This document shows positions 48,301 to 50,950 of a stretch of DNA of 50,950 nucleotides, in pieces (position 1 is the first letter of the stretch; each line of letters starts with the position of its first letter). Source of the DNA: Selaginella moellendorffii (Eukaryota > Plantae > Lycopodiophyta); the NCBI RefSeq assembly GCF_000143415.4, contig NW_003314266.1:4084229-4135178 (forward strand), in the 5' to 3' direction. The notes under the pieces are model-generated. The model searched no databases and was not told the DNA's origin. It saw only the letters and a program-made list of their open reading frames with translations. The translations under genes and the position numbers were made by a program.

Positions 48301-48427
48301 GAGCATATCGGTGGATAATGTTGTGCATGGTTGGATGCGGAAGCAGAGTGCCACCATCACCTTGCCAGACCATGCAAGAGATGCAGCAAGAGCATTCATA
48401 ACTCGGGTTCAAGGTGAGATTCATTAA
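45359..48427 (+). pseudogene. Sola-like DDD transposase (~1022 codons) with an in-frame TAG at 47837-47839
   Basis: ORFs 45359-47839 and 47849-48427 are in the same frame. Cys motifs CCKRRCC, VCMKAW and FSKCDEC; core LCIIHDKMDQKKT, LQTDNAGSENKN and GFLMVGHTHEDVNAMFS. Putative 5' UTR intron 45048-45357. Confidence 0.88.
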
Positions 48428-48715
48428 TATTCCTTTACAAAGTTTCTAATGTATTTTATTTCAAGGTGAACAATCCGAATCTGAATCAGAGGAGGCTTGA
48501 TATAGTGTGTGAGGTAAAACAAAGATGATGTGACATATGCATTTACCAATCACACATGCATAAATCTAATAATATGGCGTGTGGCCCATATTAATGGCAC
48601 ATAAACCCATATTGTGGGCTTACGTGCTTTATGTACCATCATTCCCTTGCAGCGTGTGTGTTGGTTTCCTTTTATAACACAACGAACTCCATATTTTAGG
48701 GTGAAGAGCGTTCTC

Positions 48716-48973
48716 ATGGCAAGCACAAAATCTGTAAGTGAGGCAGAAAAGGAGACGGAGAAGGAGATAGGTGAAGATGTAGAATATATAAGTCTTCCAA
48801 ACTCCCCGTACTATACTCCAGGTGATCATTTTTCTGAACAAACGGCAACATTAACAACTATCGAGAACGCCCCAGTAACGTCAGAGACAACAATCCAAAG
48901 CAAAACAACTGACCCGGAGAAGGATGATAGTACCGCTGAGAGTACCAAAAAGGAGGTGTCCACTAGCGCTTAG
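48716..48973 (+). CDS. Possible small acidic/Ser-Thr-rich ORF or exon (copy 2)
   Basis: Identical to 3331-3588. Confidence 0.3.
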   Translation: MASTKSVSEAEKETEKEIGEDVEYISLPNSPYYTPGDHFSEQTATLTTIENAPVTSETTIQSKTTDPEKDDSTAESTKKEVSTSA

Positions 48974-49609
48974 GCTTATAATGGCGTGTGCCCTCATGCC
49001 ATTTACTTGATCACCAAATACCTTTTTCCCTTTGCACTAGTATATCTTAATACCGGTCTGAGAAATAGAATGGCATGTGCCCTTAGGCCTTTTACTAAAT
49101 CACCTTTGAAAGAAATGCAAGCCTCTATGTCGTAAAAAAAAGGTACTAGAGAAATTCCTTAATAATATGAATGTTATTTAGTTTCATGAAAATACACTAA
49201 GGGTCAAATGAGTTAAATGACTTCTCCAGACTAGCAATGCCTCTTGCTACACCTTCACAATTAGATTCGTTAGAAAAAGATAACATTGAATAATATCTAA
49301 ATGTTCTCACCATTAAGTTATATGTCTGGCTAATAGGAATGATGTTCATCTTGGAAAGCTCACCACACGCTCAATGAACAAACAAATAGTGTGTGCGCGC
49401 ATGCCATCGCTCTTCTTTAGCTTCAGATTCGGCTTGTTCACCTTGACAATAAGATTTATTATACAACTAGATGGACTCAGTCTGGACATAAGGTCACCGC
49501 GCTAGTCACCATGCCCCAGATATGTCTAGCCCTTGGACAAAAAACATATAATTTCACGTCATTTTCAAATACTTGAAAATTTGTACCTAGTCCCATTTTA
49601 CTGAATAAA

Positions 49610-49633
49610 TCCCACTTTAACGAAATAGAGCTT
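49610..49633 (-). repeat. Right terminal inverted repeat
   Basis: TCCCACTTTAACGAAATAGAGCTT followed by AATT. Confidence 0.97.
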
Positions 49634-49637
49634 AATT

Positions 49638-50950
49638 GTGTTACGCTTGTTTGGATTTCGCTTTAGCCACTACCATGTGGCACCCTTTCGGCTCCACTTT
49701 GGGGCCTAGGGATTTTGTATCTCACAACTCCACCACCCATAGATGAAGTTCGATATCCTCATCGAACGGTAAACCATTTTGTAAAGTAACACCCACATGT
49801 GTTACCATTTCCATCCTTGGCACTTAGCCAATATTTGTCTATGGTTTTACATTGAAGGCTCATCATGCCTTATCCATCCTCTAAGGAGCATAGTCTCTCC
49901 AACATAAAGACTCATTCGGCCACTTGGGGTGGTTTGCTCCCTTTTATTAATTTAGTTCTTGCTAAACCCATTAGAAACACCTTCTCTAACTCAATTCCAC
50001 TACTCATTCTCGAGTATTCTTAGATTCCATCGACTTAACCTTTGCACTTTGGAACTTTTAATTTTGACTTCTCAGAGTCAATCTCCTAGGTGTCTCCAAC
50101 ACCTTACATTGCACATGGTGCAACTCCACTTCCCGTCCTAAGAAGTTTTTTATTTGAGGGCACCATCATCCTCTGTTCGATTTCATGCCACCTTTGGCAC
50201 TAAGTTCCAGTTATCATATTTTGTGCTAGGGCTGTCCACGGCCCTATCATTTGGCTACCTTATTGCTCCCACCCTTGGAGCTTCCACTTTTGCCAAATCG
50301 AAGCAAATTGGGAATCCATCCTTGGGAACACATTGCCTTTCCGACAATCCGTTAGCACTCAACACCTTAGTGTTCTTGGCCTAACTTTGCCATTTGGATT
50401 CTTTCCCATGATTCCCATAGCTCTTTATTTAGCCACAGTCTTTTGCTCTTATCCTTGATTGTTGCACCCAGCAACATAGGATCGCTACCTCCATTTTCGA
50501 GGTATCCCTTTGGTTCCATAGCAAAGACTCTTCTTTGCCAAGTCCGGAGGATGTTCACCCCTAGTATGTCTCTTTAGCATCTTCTGCTGTGGGCTCTATC
50601 CACGGCCCAACTTCATGACCCTCCCATGGGTCTCTTATAGAGACTACTTTCTTCAGACTCATTATGCCATCGCACGGACACAGCCTATTTCCCTTAGGTG
50701 CTCTTCCCACTTAGTCACCTTGACCAAGCCACACCATCTTAAATAGTTCAAATTAACATTTTGAACCAGGAACTTTATTCTTTAGCCAACCAAGGACCTT
50801 GTCGTTATTTTGGCCATAAGATCACCTAGTGATCTCACCTTGGCACCCTAACAGAGTTGCCAAGAGGTACTTGGTCTTCTAGACCTTCAAGTTGTTGACC
50901 ATAACCCTGGGGGCATCCCCCACACTTGGCGGTGCACCCAAGTCAGCCCT
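49638..50950 (-). mobile_element. Remainder of LTR A2 (to 49726), PPT and start of a further subfamily-A internal region
   Basis: About 98.6% identical by manual count to 4253-5565. Confidence 0.9.

Larger units (their letters stand above)
35874..49407. repeat. Dispersed 22-bp palindrome family ATGGCRTGWGGCCWCAYGCCAT (~28 copies)
   Basis: Starts at 35874 (weak), 36155, 37232, 37307, 38534, 38725, 38866, 40338, 41615, 41675, 41752, 42531, 42666, 42825, 43421, 43500, 44364, 44436, 44472, 45087, 45185, 45255, 47101, 47158, 48574, 48981, 49070 and 49386. Also 1716, 1773, 3189, 3596, 3685 and 4001 in copy 1. Confidence 0.92.
35780..49633 (+). mobile_element. Complete 13,854-bp TIR DNA transposon, Sola1-like, with two cargo genes
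   Basis: Perfect 24-bp TIRs AAGCTCTATTTCGTTAAAGTGGGA (35780-35803 and 49610-49633). 4-bp target duplication AATC/AATT; AWWT targets are characteristic of Sola1. Precisely interrupts an LTR and encodes a DDD transposase. The superfamily label is less certain than the boundaries. Confidence 0.9.
45330..50950 (+). repeat. Direct repeat of 1-5565 (period ~45,385 bp)
   Basis: Transposase, right TIR, target site and the same flanking retroelement all recur. Confidence 0.95.

Noticed and set aside
35874-49407. Palindrome family as a CRISPR array or REP elements
   Set aside because: Irregular spacing, no repeat-spacer periodicity, no cas genes, and a eukaryotic intron context.
35874-49407. Palindromes as tiny MITE insertions or excision footprints
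   Set aside because: No flanking target duplications, no similarity to the TIR, and not seen outside the element.
1-50950. The 5.6-kb terminal direct repeats as LTRs of one giant element
   Set aside because: The repeat runs off both window edges, crosses a transposon/retroelement junction and has no TG...CA, PBS or PPT of its own; tandem duplication explains it better.

Overview
Eukaryotic, land-plant genomic DNA: short GT-AG introns of about 40-60 nt, CCCTAAA telomere motifs, G-type lectin receptor kinases and one N gap. The compact introns would fit a lycophyte such as Selaginella, but that is inference only. The window looks like slightly more than one unit of a ~45.4-kb tandem duplication (1-5565 recurs at ~45330-50950). 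A host-gene island at 11825-22697 holds two head-to-head intronless G-lectin receptor kinases, a WDR82/SWD2-like pseudogene, F-box fragments and a collapsed chimeric copy. Around it is a nest of mobile DNA: Ty1/copia pieces, two subfamilies of a degenerate Ty3/gypsy-like LTR element with minisatellite-bearing LTRs, and a complete 13,854-bp TIR DNA transposon inserted in one LTR. The transposon (35780-49633) has 24-bp perfect TIRs, an AATC/AATT target duplication and a Sola1-like DDD transposase, and it is the most interesting object here. It also encodes a large ParB/DGQHR-like plus degenerate DNA-methyltransferase-like protein and an FCP1/NIF-type HAD phosphatase-like protein. About 28 copies of a 22-bp palindrome (ATGGCRTGWGGCCWCAYGCCAT) lie along its length, often inside introns, and I saw none outside the element. 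It also carries internal telomere repeats. Its two copies show essentially no C>T decay, whereas the adjoining retroelement does. My hypothesis is a ParB/parS-like self-recognition, possibly anti-silencing, system carried by a plant transposon. All domain calls are by-eye motif recognition, not database results.
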